Below, one piece after another: positions 1 through 12,200 of a DNA stretch of 64,000 nt (the stretch's first letter is position 1; the number at the start of each line of letters is the position of its first letter). A model generated the notes under the pieces. That model saw only the letters and a list, made by a program, of their open reading frames with translations, ran no database searches and was not told where the DNA came from. The stretch covers positions 74,152,001 to 74,216,000 of the forward strand of contig NC_059425.1 of assembly GCF_021028975.2 (NCBI RefSeq), read 5' to 3'. The position numbers were made by a program, and so were the translations under genes. The stretch is from Sphaerodactylus townsendi (taxonomy: Eukaryota).

Positions 1-38
1 AAGAAGATTTACAGTGCAATCATGGGGGGGAGAGATAG

Positions 39-259
39 CAGTGGCGTACCGGGCCTAAATGGTACCCAGGGGTGGGGCGCTGCAGCTGCCCACCATTGAG
101 CCGGCCTACAGGGAGCGAGCCTCAAGGGAGGCCGGGGGGAAGCCTTGGCAGCTCAGGCACATGCCGTTTCATCATTTTGCCAAGCCCCCCCCATGAGACA
201 AAACAGTGTGCGCCCAGGGACATGGGATACCCTATGTCCCCATTAGCGGTACACTACTG
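39..259. mobile_element. hAT-type MITE
   Basis: Ends CAGTGGCGTACC ... GGTACACTACTG form imperfect TIRs; 8-bp flanks AGAGATAG / GGAGATAG match 7/8 (TSD). Confidence 0.75.
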
Positions 260-409
260 GGAGATAGTCATAAGGAGCAGCATGACCACAACACCAGTAT
301 AAACAGGACTTACACTGGCATAAAGGAGTCTTATGAGGGTGGGACCCCCATATATGCTGACAGCAGAGTCATAGCTGGGCCAAACTGCGCCCGGTGCGCA
401 GTCTATATT

Positions 410-645
410 TCTAACCAATAATGATGACCTGATTAGTGGAGTGGAAGTGGTAGGAATAGGATCCTTAGGTGGGAGTGATCATGCTCTCCTGGAGTTTGTA
501 ATACAGTGGAAGCGGGATGCTAAGCATAGTCATACATGCATTCTAGATTTTAAGAAAGCAGATTTCAATAAGCTTAGGAATCTACTGGGTAAGATCCCGT
601 GGTCAAAAATACTAAAGGAGAAAGGAGTGCATGGTGGCTGGGACT
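410..645 (+). mobile_element. CR1 LINE ORF2 fragment (endonuclease C-terminus/linker)
   Basis: Translates to EVVGIGSLGGSDHALLEFVI...ILDFKKADFNKLRNLLGKIPW, typical of the CR1 APE endonuclease SDH motif and following linker. Confidence 0.85.
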
Positions 646-649
646 CTGC

Positions 650-1241
650 TAGCCTAAAAATGCGCCACCTGCAGGCCGAAAACTGAAAAAACACTAAAAT
701 TAGAAAACACACTCCAACGAACCTGAAAATTTTGCACCCTCCACTAGGGGGGGCACCCGGGGAATAGGGTACCCCATGTCCCTAGGCCAGGAGTAGGGAA
801 CCTTTAACACTCAAAGAGCCATTGGGACCCGTTTTCCATGGCAAAAGAAACACTTGGAGCCACAAATAATTTTTGACATTTAAAATAAAGATAACACTGT
901 ATATATTGGGGGTTTTTTACCTTTCACTCCGCTCATTCTGATAAGCGCATGGATACGTCCGCCCTGCTGCCTGCAGGGTGGGCAAGGATGGGGCCAGCAG
1001 CTCGGCCTCGCCAGCCGCCAGGAAAGCGCCCGCTCCGCTCAAATGGGGCGGGCGAGAGGGGAAGCCCGCAATGCGGCCCAGCCAGCCGTGGGCAGTTGGT
1101 GCACCTGCCCTGCTGCCTGCAGGGCGGGCAAGGATGGGGCCGGTGGCTCGGCTCGGGGAGCTGCAGTGCAAGGGCAGAAGAGCCGCATGCGGCTCTCGAG
1201 CCGCAGGTTCCCTACCCCTGCCCTGGGCAAATACGCCACTG
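650..1241. mobile_element. hAT-type MITE (related to 39-259) interrupted by a second hAT MITE
   Basis: 762-786 is the reverse complement of the subterminal motif at ~214-237; the end TACGCCACTG (1232-1241) is the complement of the CAGTGGCGTA TIR. Left boundary uncertain. Confidence 0.55.
788..1220. mobile_element. hAT MITE (CAGGGGTAGGGAACC TIR family)
   Basis: TIRs CAGGAGTAGGGAACCT / AGGTTCCCTACCCCTG; TSD CCCTAGGC / CCCTGGGC (7/8). Confidence 0.85.
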
Positions 1242-1380
1242 GCTGGGAGTTTCTTAAAAGTGAGATCTTGAGGGCACAATTTCAAACAATTCCAATGAGG
1301 GGGGAAATGGGAGGTGTCTCAGGAAACCAGGGGGAGGAGTCTCAGGAAACCCCTCCCCCCACTCCCTTCCCCCCACGGTG

Positions 1381-1690
1381 CCCCCTTGTGGCGCCCCCAC
1401 CCCCTTCCCACACTTACCTTAGTTCCTTTCCTTTTCCTAGAACTTTTTCAGGTTGAAAAAAGGCCTGTTCTAAGTACAGGCTTAAAATGGCCTGAGGAAC
1501 TACAGACAAGGTCTCCTGGGAAGTATAGTTCCCATCAAGCTGTTTTTAAGCCTGAACTGTGAATAGGCCTTTTTTTCAGCCTGAAAAAGTTCTAGGAAAA
1601 GGAAAGGAACTAAGGTAAGTGTGGGAAGGGGAAGAGGGAAGAGGAATGGGTGGGGTGGGGCTGGGCTGGGCTAGGCGCCACAGGGGGGCC
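1381..1690. repeat. Long inverted repeat (foldback/MITE-derived palindrome)
   Basis: ~1402-1470 is the near-exact reverse complement of ~1561-1631, with weaker pairing extending inward and outward. Confidence 0.8.
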
Positions 1691-2613
1691 ATGGGGGTTA
1701 TCTAAAGAACTTTCAATTGAGCTAAGATTTTAAAAGGACATGTGCAAGAAATGAAAAAGGGGGGAAATCACCAAAGAGGGGGAGTCATGCCAAGGCCAGC
1801 CCCCATTGCCCCAGCTTGGATACTCCAATGTGACACCCATGTGACCCACTAGTATACCAGCCCTGGTGGCCAGCTGAGACTGAGGATTTAGCCCCCCTGC
1901 CAGGCCAAAGGCATGGGGAAAGAGCCTTGTTCAGCCAGTCCTCTCACCCTTTTATCCATGTGAGCAGCTATCAAGTGCAAACAGCTAGACAACCAAAGGC
2001 AGTGGCAGGAATCCTTTGCCAGGACCCACAGTGGATGAAGGGGCTGTCTAAATGTCTGAACTGCTGTGACAGTAACTTCTGACAACCTGGAGAAGCTGCT
2101 GAATATCACCCAGGGACTGGGAGAGGAGCAGAAATGTGTTGAGAGGCTCTTGGGGGACCACACTCAGGCAATGCTGATGGCCACCTGCAAACTGTCCCAC
2201 CAGGTCCTCTGCCAGCTCCATGGTGGGCAGGGGTTGCACGCCATTTGGCATGTGGCCACATCAGGTATTGCAGATGTCCTTCCACCTGGTAGGGTTGTTG
2301 GTGAGCATTAGACAGCCATCAACTCCCCTTCTAGGTATCCTTGCCTCCCCATCTTGCACCACTCCCCATATGATCTCCGTTCATTCAATTCAATTAAACA
2401 CATGAGTCTTTAATCATGTAGGTTTCCACCTTCAGTCTAAAGCTGTGCAGTCCAGGCACAGGTGAACCATCTCATATGTGCTTCATGAGAATGAAACTTT
2501 TGCCAGCAGCTGTTGATTCACTGAATTATCTTGGGATAACATCAATGTCCCACAATTCCAGAAAAAAGCCTACATTATATGGATTTGCTCCAAGATACAT
2601 TTTCTGCTAGACG

Positions 2614-2761
2614 CAGGGGTAGGGAACCTGCGGCTCTCCAGATGTTCAGGAACTGCAATTCCCATCAGCCTCTGTCAGCATGGCCAATTGGCCATGCTGG
2701 TAGGGGCTGATGGGAATTGTAGTTCCTGAACATCTGGAGAGCCGCAGGTTCCCTACCCCTG
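2614..2761. mobile_element. 148-bp palindromic hAT MITE
   Basis: The whole element is a near-perfect palindrome centred on GGCCAATTGGCC; same TIR as 788-1220; flanks TGCTAGAC / TGCTAGAG. Confidence 0.85.
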
Positions 2762-5700
2762 TGCTAGAGGAATAGACTTCTGCCCATGGAATGGAACTCT
2801 CCTCCTTCCCTCTCCTGCAAGCACACTTAAAATGATGCTCTTGAGGGATAGGGGACCCTCAGAGACATCATGAGGGGCAAATTAGAGGTATGCAGGGAGA
2901 GGAGGAAACATCAAAATTGCCCTCCTTTGTTTTTTTAGTCCAATGATACCACTCTGCAGGCTGCATTATCCTTCATTTGTATGAATCCTGTAGACAAATC
3001 ATGTAATTATGAATAATCATCTTGCGAACATAGGAACATGACTCAGTATTACATTTATTTAAAAACTATTTTGTCCTGCGTTCACAAAACTATAATTCCA
3101 AAAAAATGTCTGAGATGGGTTCACCCAAGGTGTTTATCCTGGGAAACCCTGAGCAGGAGTATTCTGTGTTCTGCCCTTTATCACACCAACTTCCCCCTCT
3201 TTGGACAAGGGTGAATGGTGGTGAATGCTAAATTCTGTGATTTCAAAACTGTAGCTGCAGCACAATTAGTGTGATTAATGATAAAAGATACAAGGAAAGT
3301 CACATTTTCATTTGAAGATTTGGTTTGTTAACAACTGGCTTAATAATGAAAGCATACTGCATATATGTGTTATAATAAGGTATTTAAACCTTCTCAGAGG
3401 ACTGCCCATGTCAACCCTGTAATAATCCCAGACTTCTTAGGATGCTAGTGCCAGCCTCCTACTCCTCCTTGACTTTTGGGGGTAGCAAACATCACCATTT
3501 ACTGTTTTCCTATGCAAGAATTTTATGTACCGATAAATCTGGTATTTTGGCAAGGATGATCACTTGAATGAGTGATACATTTCCTGAGAATTTCAGTTAC
3601 AGGGTCAAGTGACTGTTTTCTACTGAAACCAAAGGGAAATGAAAGTGAATCAATGCAATACAGTTGAAATGAAATAGTTTGGAAATAGATTGGAAACAAA
3701 ATGAAAATGTTCAAAAAACCCTGTTTGCACATACCTTTGTGTGTTGTGTATGAATGCAATAATTGAAACTGAGTGACATTGGTTTCCCCTACTCTTTTCA
3801 GGAGATTCTAAAACAGATGCAGCTGGGCTGGGGCCAAGTTGGCATGGAGTCTGCATGAATCTTGAGACACTTTATGACCTTAACACTACCAGTCTGGAAT
3901 AACTGAAGTTGTTTACAGCTTTAGCCAAACCTAGATGAAAGCCTCCGTTATCACAGTCATTGGAACATAAATCAGCTCTGTCATCTTGCCTCTCTGTCGT
4001 TGACCTTTCTGCTAGGAATAGTGAAGGAATTATACACACACAGAGAGAGAGAGAGAAACACACACCTCCCCACATATATATACACTCACTTCCCTTTACT
4101 GACTCTTTCTATTATTGACTGCTCCAATAATAATATGCCCCAATTAACTTTCCACTGAGAATTCATTAAAAGGGCAATCTAGATTTTTTTTGGGGGGGGA
4201 GGTGTGTGCTGTGGCGGCTGTGGATGGCACATGATGGCAGTGCTGCATCACCTTCACAGGGTCCTTGGGCAACATGGAAAGGAGGGGAAGTTTAAATCCC
4301 TCTAGCCATTTGAATCACCCCATTGAACAACCAGGCACGAAAATGCTATGTAACTCTGGAGAGCTAGGAGGCGACATTCCTGGGCTGGAATGCCAGTGGA
4401 GTTTGACTAAAGTTGACTCCACCCCCAGGAACATCCCAGCCCACCCACCCCCCACCCCATGCTGGCATGTAGGAGGCCAGTAATGCTCTGTGCTGGCCCT
4501 GATTTCCAGGTTTCACTGCCGCAATGCTGAGGGGCACCCAGCTGCTTGCACCTTTCCCCTCTCTGCTGATGTGGGTGCTCCTTGGTGGGGTAAATGTAGC
4601 AGCACTGCCCTCTGCTGATCCCAAAGCCCATTTGGCCCCCTGTCTGGATTGAGGTGCCCCTCTTCCATGGTTGGGATACAATTCTTTGACATTTTAATGT
4701 TCAATATGAACTGTGCACAGTGTGAAAAAATTGCATGTTTTTGAAAGCATCACAGCCAAGATTCCCTTGGATAAAGACACAACTTGAGCCTGCAAAAATG
4801 CTATGCTGCTATAGGGTTTTTTGTCCCAGAAAAACAAATGTCAGAAACCCTGAAATTTACTTCACATTGCTTAATTGAGGGTCATTTTACGGTTCTAGGA
4901 ATTGCATCAACAAATATACATTCATTTCAGCTAAGTCCTACATTTTGCTTTATCATTTTACCAAATGCAACTTGTAAATATGTTGGGATCCAGCTGGACT
5001 AATAGGCTCCTATCATTTCATTCAAGCAGAAACTCAGTTTTTCGACTGTAAAACATCAGAAAGTAGAGCAACAAATTTGATACTGACTTTGGCATGCTGT
5101 GAAATAAGCCAACTCATCTAACTTTTTGCATAGGCATATAGTTGCATGCAATTTTTTGGCCTTACTATAAAGCATAGCATAATTTGCAACTATATGGAAG
5201 TCCATTAATAAAATATTTAATCAAAAAGTAATGGAGACCACCTGGCCTTTATTGTTTTTGGATTTCTCATTCACACTTTTCAGTCCATCTCCTCAGTCAT
5301 ATATAAATAATTCCATGACTGAACAATGCAATGAGGGTCTTTAGAAGCTCTACATAAAATCATATGAACCATCCTAAAATATTTTAAAGAGAATGTTGAG
5401 GCAATAACATTCTGGAATTATCGACATAGACAGAAAATATAGAATCCCATGGAACTCTGATTTAGTAAATTATAGGTCAAGCAAAGGATTTAAGATTGGA
5501 ATTTTTTTTTTAAAAAGCGCCAAGTAGAAGCAATAGCAAAACTTACACATGAAGAAAACTAAGTACTAGAAACAACTGAGGAAGCTAGTTATTTAACAAA
5601 AGCTTTGAAATCAAGACCTTGCAGTTTAGTTTGGTTGCATCATTAGTAAAAGAATTATTGAACTAGGATCCAAAGGATGTTGCGATTAATTAGGGATGTT

Positions 5701-7413
5701 GTTTTCTTCCCTGTGGAACCAGTAAGTGAAACACAAATTCAGCAGGGTTTTTTAAAATGGTTTTGTTTCAATATATTCTTTTTTCATTGTAAGCCCCATC
5801 TCATCTTTCTCTATCGTGGTATGAATTGCTTTTATAATAACAAATATATATTTTCCTTGTTTAAAGCATATGGATTTTCTTAAAGCACCATGAAGTTCAT
5901 TGCTGGTGTAATGGCTTTCATTGATATATGCATGAAATAATTGTCAGCACTAGGGTTACCAATTCCAGTTTAGAGAATTCCTGGAGATTTGGGGGTGGAG
6001 CTTTACAAGAGTGATGTTTATTTATTTATGATATTTATACCCTGCCTCGTACTAGCATCTCTAGGCAGCTTACAAAAATTAAAAAAAACAATAAAAACCA
6101 CAATGAAACACCATGAATAAAATGTAACAATTAAAACAGCAATAATATCACATTAAAATAAACCCCACTCCCACCTCCCAGTTAAGTAGCTGTAAAGAAG
6201 GTTTCTAGGAAGGCTAACCAAATGCCTGCGTGAAGAGGAAGGTCTTTGCCACGCACCTAAATCCATAAAGAGTAGGCCCAAGGGGAAATTTCAAGGGGGA
6301 ATATTCCAGAGCCTGAGGGTAATCTTGGAAAAAGTCCTCCCATGTGCCCTTGCCCCCTAGTACCACCAGAAGTACCTTGCCCTGTGATCTCAATGCCTGG
6401 GCAGATGCATGCAGGCACAGGTACTCCTTCAGGTAGGCAATGCCCAAGCCACTTAAAGCTTTGTACATCAACACCTTGGATGGGGCTGGGAGTGAATTGG
6501 GAGCCAGTGCAGTTCCTTAAGGACCAACATATGTGTCCGGCCAAATGTGCCGGATATCAGCTTAGCTGCCGCATGCTATACCAACTCCAGTTTTCAGACC
6601 ATCTTCAAGAGCAGCACCACATAGAGTGTTCTATGGAAATCCAATTTGGAGGTTACCAGAACTTTTAACACTCTCACCAGTTCTCCTTGGTCCAAAAATA
6701 GGTGGAGATGGCAAACCAGACAGAACTGTTGGAAGGCTGTAGTGACCACTGCCATCACTTGAGACTCAAAGGACAGTAATAAAATCCAAGAGAAGCCCCA
6801 GATCTCACACCCAGTCTTTCTGGGGCAATACAACCCAATCCAGAACTCAGTGCCCATGATCTTGAAGACTCAAGAGACTGGAACACAGAGAACCTCCATC
6901 CTGTCTGGATTCCTCCTCAGTTTGTTGGTTCTCATTCAGTCCATATCTGCTTCCAAGCAGTACTCGAGCACACTAAGTGCCTCTCCTGACTCTGATGAGG
7001 TGGAGAGATAGAACTGGATGTCATCCACATATTGATGACAATTGACTCCAAATCCCTGGATGGCCACTCACCAGGTGAGTGGGGGGTGCAGGAGGAGGAG
7101 GAAGTGGTGGCAGGCAGTGAGGCACAGGCTGTTTTGTCTCAGGTTGCCTTTCTGGCCTGCAGAGGGGATCGAGAGGATGAGTGGCCAAATGCTCCCCCCA
7201 TGTGACCCACGCAAGTGGTGCCTGGGACTCAATGTGGGCTGAGAAATACACCTTCACTAATGCCATTATCACTTTGTAGGTCCAATAACGGACTCTCACT
7301 GTGTCCAGTCAGATCCATACTGTGATTTCCAGTACCCACACTCAAGCCATCACCCCTCCTGCTTCATTGCCCTCAGATCCCCACTATACCATGGGGCCAG
7401 AAGGGAGTGAGGG

Positions 7414-9268
7414 TATTGTATTGCAATTAATTAACAGAGTAAATAATAGAGTAGAGGTGAGTGTGAGATGTTTTTAAAACTTTACTAGATAACAAAATAA
7501 AGTTACACTAAATATAGGAACAGCAAACTCTATCTATTCAAGTGCTCAGTCTGGGTGTCTGTTCAGTCTATCTGTGCCTGTGTGCCTGTCTCTCCTTTTT
7601 TGCTGGAAGAAGCGGAGACATCTTTCCAGGAACATATGTGATTCCAATCATGTGACTTCAGCCGTTAACTGTTGCTTGACTGAAGGAAGCAGGCACTTGC
7701 AAAATCCCAACAGACCTCTTCTCAAGTGTCAGCTACAGAAATCAACAAGGCATGATTTCTGAGATAGAGTCTCAAATTTAATCTTGGTATGTGCTTTTGG
7801 CAGTATGTCCAATATCATTTTCTTGTGTCAGCAGTCTAATTCTTCTTTTACTGTCAACATCCATTTTTATTTTTCATGTGGAGGCAACTTCATTATTTCA
7901 TCCCAGTTTATGGGTTGGTTATGGCTTTGCATATTCATGTGGTAGGTGTATCTCTTTAGTGCTACCCCCTTTGTGCTTCTTTCTGATCTCCTTACAGTTA
8001 CTACAGTCTCACCTTCTGTTGGTTTGGCTCCATCTTATTCCCCTTCTGGTTGGGAAGTCTCTTACTGGAATGCAGTACAGGCAGACAAAGCTGTTACCCA
8101 CTCTGTAAATGTGACTTTTTTAGTATCATGTCTGCTTTGTTTTGTGGCATCATATTGTTTTGAAGCACACAGAATGCTTCTTTCATCTACATAGACAATG
8201 TTGCATATTTTGACATGATAGGTCTTAAGGATCCATGACTCTGCAACCTCTTGAATTTGGATTAAAGCCAACTAATATTCCAACTTCAGCTCCTGGATCT
8301 AGCTTTTTTCTTCTCTCTTTGGGAAATTGTGCATATGTTTTTGCTCCAAATAGTTTCAAGTTTTTAAAACCAGGTTACTTCTCATGCCATATTTCAAATG
8401 GAGGCATTCCAATGGGTTTTCATGGTCTTCCGTTGTAGAGATATAGCTGCATTGACTGGCTGCACCCGCATAAAAAAAGAAAAGAAAAGGGAACAGCCAG
8501 GCAATGACAGGTGGCTTCTCCCTTACTGTGGAGGGTGTGGTGGAAGGGAAGCAAAGAAAGCACCTCCTGCCTGACGGATCACTTGGGATCAGCTCCAAAC
8601 CAGGATTTTTCAAGAGAATCACTTGTTTAGCATTTTGAAAAAACCCGGGTTGGGGGAAATAAAATGGGGCAGACTCATTTTGGGGGCAGATGCAGATTGG
8701 TAATGTGTTTTGCCAAAAAGTTGCACAAGCAACCAGGCACTGGGGAAACACGGGATAAGGGGGAGGGGGAGCGACAGAGCCAGGATTGATCTGTGTTCCG
8801 CAGTTCGGCAGTGAGGAGACCGTGAGGAAACCTGGATAATTCAGGTGACTATCCCAGGATTAATCATTGGTGGGAAATCGCCCTAAGCCATGGAGCATTT
8901 AGAAAGTGCAAAAACAGCCGAAGAGAAAAACATATGCAATGGAAACTTATGTGCCCTTAACCTTTTGTTGTATTGCAATGAATTAGCAGAATAAATAATA
9001 GAGCAGAGGTGCAAATGAGTTGTTTTGTAAAACTTTACCAGATAACAAAATAAAATTACACCAAATATAGGAACAGTAAACTCTATCTATTAAAGTGCTC
9101 AGTCTGGGTGTCTGCTCAGTCTATCTGTGCCTGTGTATCTGTTTTTCCTCTCTTGCTGGAAGAAGAAGCATAGACATCTTCCCAGAAGCATATGTGATTC
9201 CAGTCATGTGACTTAAGCACTTAACTCTTGTTTAACAGAATGAAGAAAGCACTTGTAAAATCCTAATA
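7414..9268 (-). mobile_element. Internally deleted Ty1/Copia LTR retrotransposon with both LTRs
   Basis: ~300-bp direct repeats at 7414-7712 and 8966-9268; flanks GAGGG / AAGGG; PBS-like AAAGGTTAAGGGCAC after the 5' LTR; PPT GAGAAGAGG before the 3' LTR; internal PFEIWHEK*PGFKNLKLFGAKTYAQFPKERRKKLDPGAEVGILVGF matches the copia integrase C-terminus. Confidence 0.85.
8455..8883. mobile_element. Probable old MITE inserted in the Copia internal region
   Basis: Interrupts copia-like sequence; the right end GGTGGGAAATCGCCC resembles the GGCC...TTTCC.CAC TIR family. Left end unclear. Confidence 0.35.
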
Positions 9269-12200
9269 AAGGGTGCTCAGGAGTGATCATGTTGATGGCT
9301 CTCCTGACCTCACCATTCCAAAGGGAAACCAGGACCTCAACAGGACCACTGGCCACATCTCCAGGAAAATCTCCCCAGAGCTCTCAGGAATTCTTGGGAT
9401 TCCATCCTCCAATAGGGACAGACTATGTTAATTGGTCCCCCAATCCTGCAATGGGGGAGTGATATCTGATGTCCAAACTTTACCAGGTAATGATCCATCC
9501 ATGACAAGGGACAGATCTTGAATCACCTAACTAATGGATCACCTCCAAGCCACCCTGTTGCAAGCACCAGGTTGAGAGTAAATCCAGGTGAATGTGTTGA
9601 GCCAGAAACAAACTGAGACAGTCCCACAGTTGTCATGACAGCCACGAGGTCCCAAGCTGGTCTATCAGAGGCATCCTTGACATGGAAGTTGAAATCCCCC
9701 CCCCCAAACCACTGTACCAGGAGCTCCAACACTACCTCCAAGACTGCCTCCGCCAGCTCAGGCAGGGAGGCAGCTGGGCAGCAGGATGAGCAGTACACCA
9801 GCAGCAGTCCCAACTTCTCTCTCTGGGCAAGCACCAAGAACAAACTCCCTATATTGGCCACAGGGTGGGATGGTTGTCTAGTGAGGGTGATGAAACCGCT
9901 ATGGACCACAGCCACTCCACCACCCTGCCCCACCAGAGTAGACTGGTGCTGCATACAGTAATCCAGGGGGAGCAGGCTGGTTAAGCACAAGACCCCTCAG
10001 CTCGCCCACTGAGTTATCTGCGATGCACCCCAGTTTGGCCACTTCACCAAGTCCTGGATGAGGGCAGATTTATTCTGACCTGGCATTCATGAGCAGCAGC
10101 ACCACACCAGTGAGCTGGACAGCATACACCCCAGCTCTCCTAAGGTTGGGAGGGCAGAGTAGCAATGGTGATAGCATACAAACATCACAGTTTAGGGGGA
10201 GGATGGACCTCAGCAGAGTATAATGTCATAGACTCTAATATTCAAAGCTACCATTTCTCTCTAGGAGAACTGTAGTCTAGAGATCAGCTGTAATTCAGGG
10301 AGATCTCCAGGCACTAGCTAGAGATTGGCAACCCTATACTCAGCCCTCTTTTTATCCTTCCCTTGTTATTCTATCCATACCCCTCCCTCTCATTAAAAGC
10401 CCCGTCCTCAACCAAATCCCATACATCATCTGTCCCTCTGACAGACAGTTACACTAGTCTAGTGCAATGAGTAACTTCTTTTCATTGTGTTCATCATACC
10501 CTGATTCTGAACCTGTTAACTTGCCATTACATTCAATGGAAATTTCTTCCAAGGAAGCATGATTAAGTCTGCAGCCAGAAGCATTTTCCCAGCAAGACAA
10601 ATACCAAGAAAGGGATACAAGGCAGCCAAAAGTCGTTTGTTGCATGCAAATTTGTATTTATACAGCTTTCAAAGGATGTGCCCCTCCTTTGCTGCAACAT
10701 GCACAGTCACGAAATTTCTTGAACCATATGGCCTGTTTGGCTGGCATGCTTTAACACATGCCAGATTCTACAACATATGGTGTACAAGGGAAAGACAAAG
10801 CCAGAAGTCCAACCAACAGACTGGCTGCATTTGACATCCAAAGTCTAGAGATTAGAAAGGAAGCCACTTTCATGCCAGCTGTTTCAGTTTTCAGTCCCCC
10901 TGACACTATACCTCATTGATCAATGCAAAAGTCTGCTTTTTCTTCAACCCTCTCCTTCATAGTGCTATCATTAAAATCCAGTGGAGCAGTCCCTGAGGAA
11001 GTAGTAACTATCATCCCGCCTGGCTTGCAGATAGGAGTGGTTCAAAGTATTTTGTCTCTCCAAGCAAGTACACCCTCCCTTGCTTCCCTGGTAGAAGCAA
11101 GCCAAGTACCAATAGCACCAGCAATGTCATTGGAGGTCCACTCAGAGTCAGTTTGCAGAAATACAGGTCCAGGATGTGGTGATGATGATGGGCTACAGTC
11201 AACACATTCTCCTGCACAGTTGCATTCTGAGATCAAGGCCAGCCCTGGAGGCATTCCTGCACTTCAGGGGCTTGTGTCAGACCCATAGAGCAGCAGGGCA
11301 TGTTCAGAAGGCAACAGGCTTAGGCTACGCCCATTGTCTTCTCTTGCACTTCTGCTGGCTGAAGCCAGCTAATCCCTAACAGTGCTGTCAGTGTCAGTTT
11401 GAACCTGGACAGCAGCAATGTAGGTCTGAGAAACAACATACATCTGCACATGACATGGTTACATGATGCTTCCTTATTCTGAATGAGACTAGGTCTACTC
11501 AGTGAAAGTGGTTCTCCCTGCATTGAGGGAGAGATCTTTCACATCACCTATTACCTGATCCTTTTTTTAAGTGGTGGTGCCAGGGTTGGACTTGAGCCCC
11601 TCCACATGCAAAGCAAATGATCTACCAAATGAGCCATGGCCCTTCCTCAGACATGACCCTTCCCTACCTCCTCATGGATCCTGTACTAGAAAAAGGCCAC
11701 AGAGACAAGTGAGACATCTTTGTATCCACTCCTCTTCCTGTGCCACTGGTGTCCATGAACAACTGCTGCCCATGAACCCCAGTGGCCTGTTGGCATTCTC
11801 AATATTGTGCCATCTAAAGCAGCCACTTGAGTAGTTTGGAAAACTGGCCTTGAATGCAGATTGCTTTAAAGCAGTGTGTTGTGTGATAATGCCACAATGG
11901 ACTCAAATGACAGCTCTTTGTACCTCCAGTTGTTCCTATCAACTGTCCTAATTTTCTGTTTCCTGTCCCAGCTAAGTGGTTTTCTTCATTTTGTGTTTGG
12001 GGAGACTTTAAGGATGCCTTTAAAAATTGTTATGACACTCTTGATTTCAATTTCTTCTGGTTAGGAATTCTAGAAGCCCTCCTTTCACTATATGGGAAGA
12101 TGAAGCTCTGGGATAGAGGGAAGGAGTACATGTGCATCATGACTCCAGTGCATAATGCACACACACACACGGATACTAAAGGCTAAGATCTTTTGCCCTG

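Larger units (their letters stand above)
6017..10140 (-). mobile_element. Degraded L2 LINE (endonuclease to 3' tail), interrupted by an LTR element at 7414-9268
   Basis: Minus-strand remnants LLLVY...ASLPELAEAV...GGDFNFHV (APE endonuclease) and LMYKALSGLG.AYLKEYL (L2 ORF2 C-terminus); reversed AATAAATAAA tail at ~6017-6030. Confidence 0.8.

Noticed and set aside
10923-11288. 121-aa ATG ORF as a host exon
   Set aside because: No recognisable domain, no convincing splice context, and no neighbouring exons.
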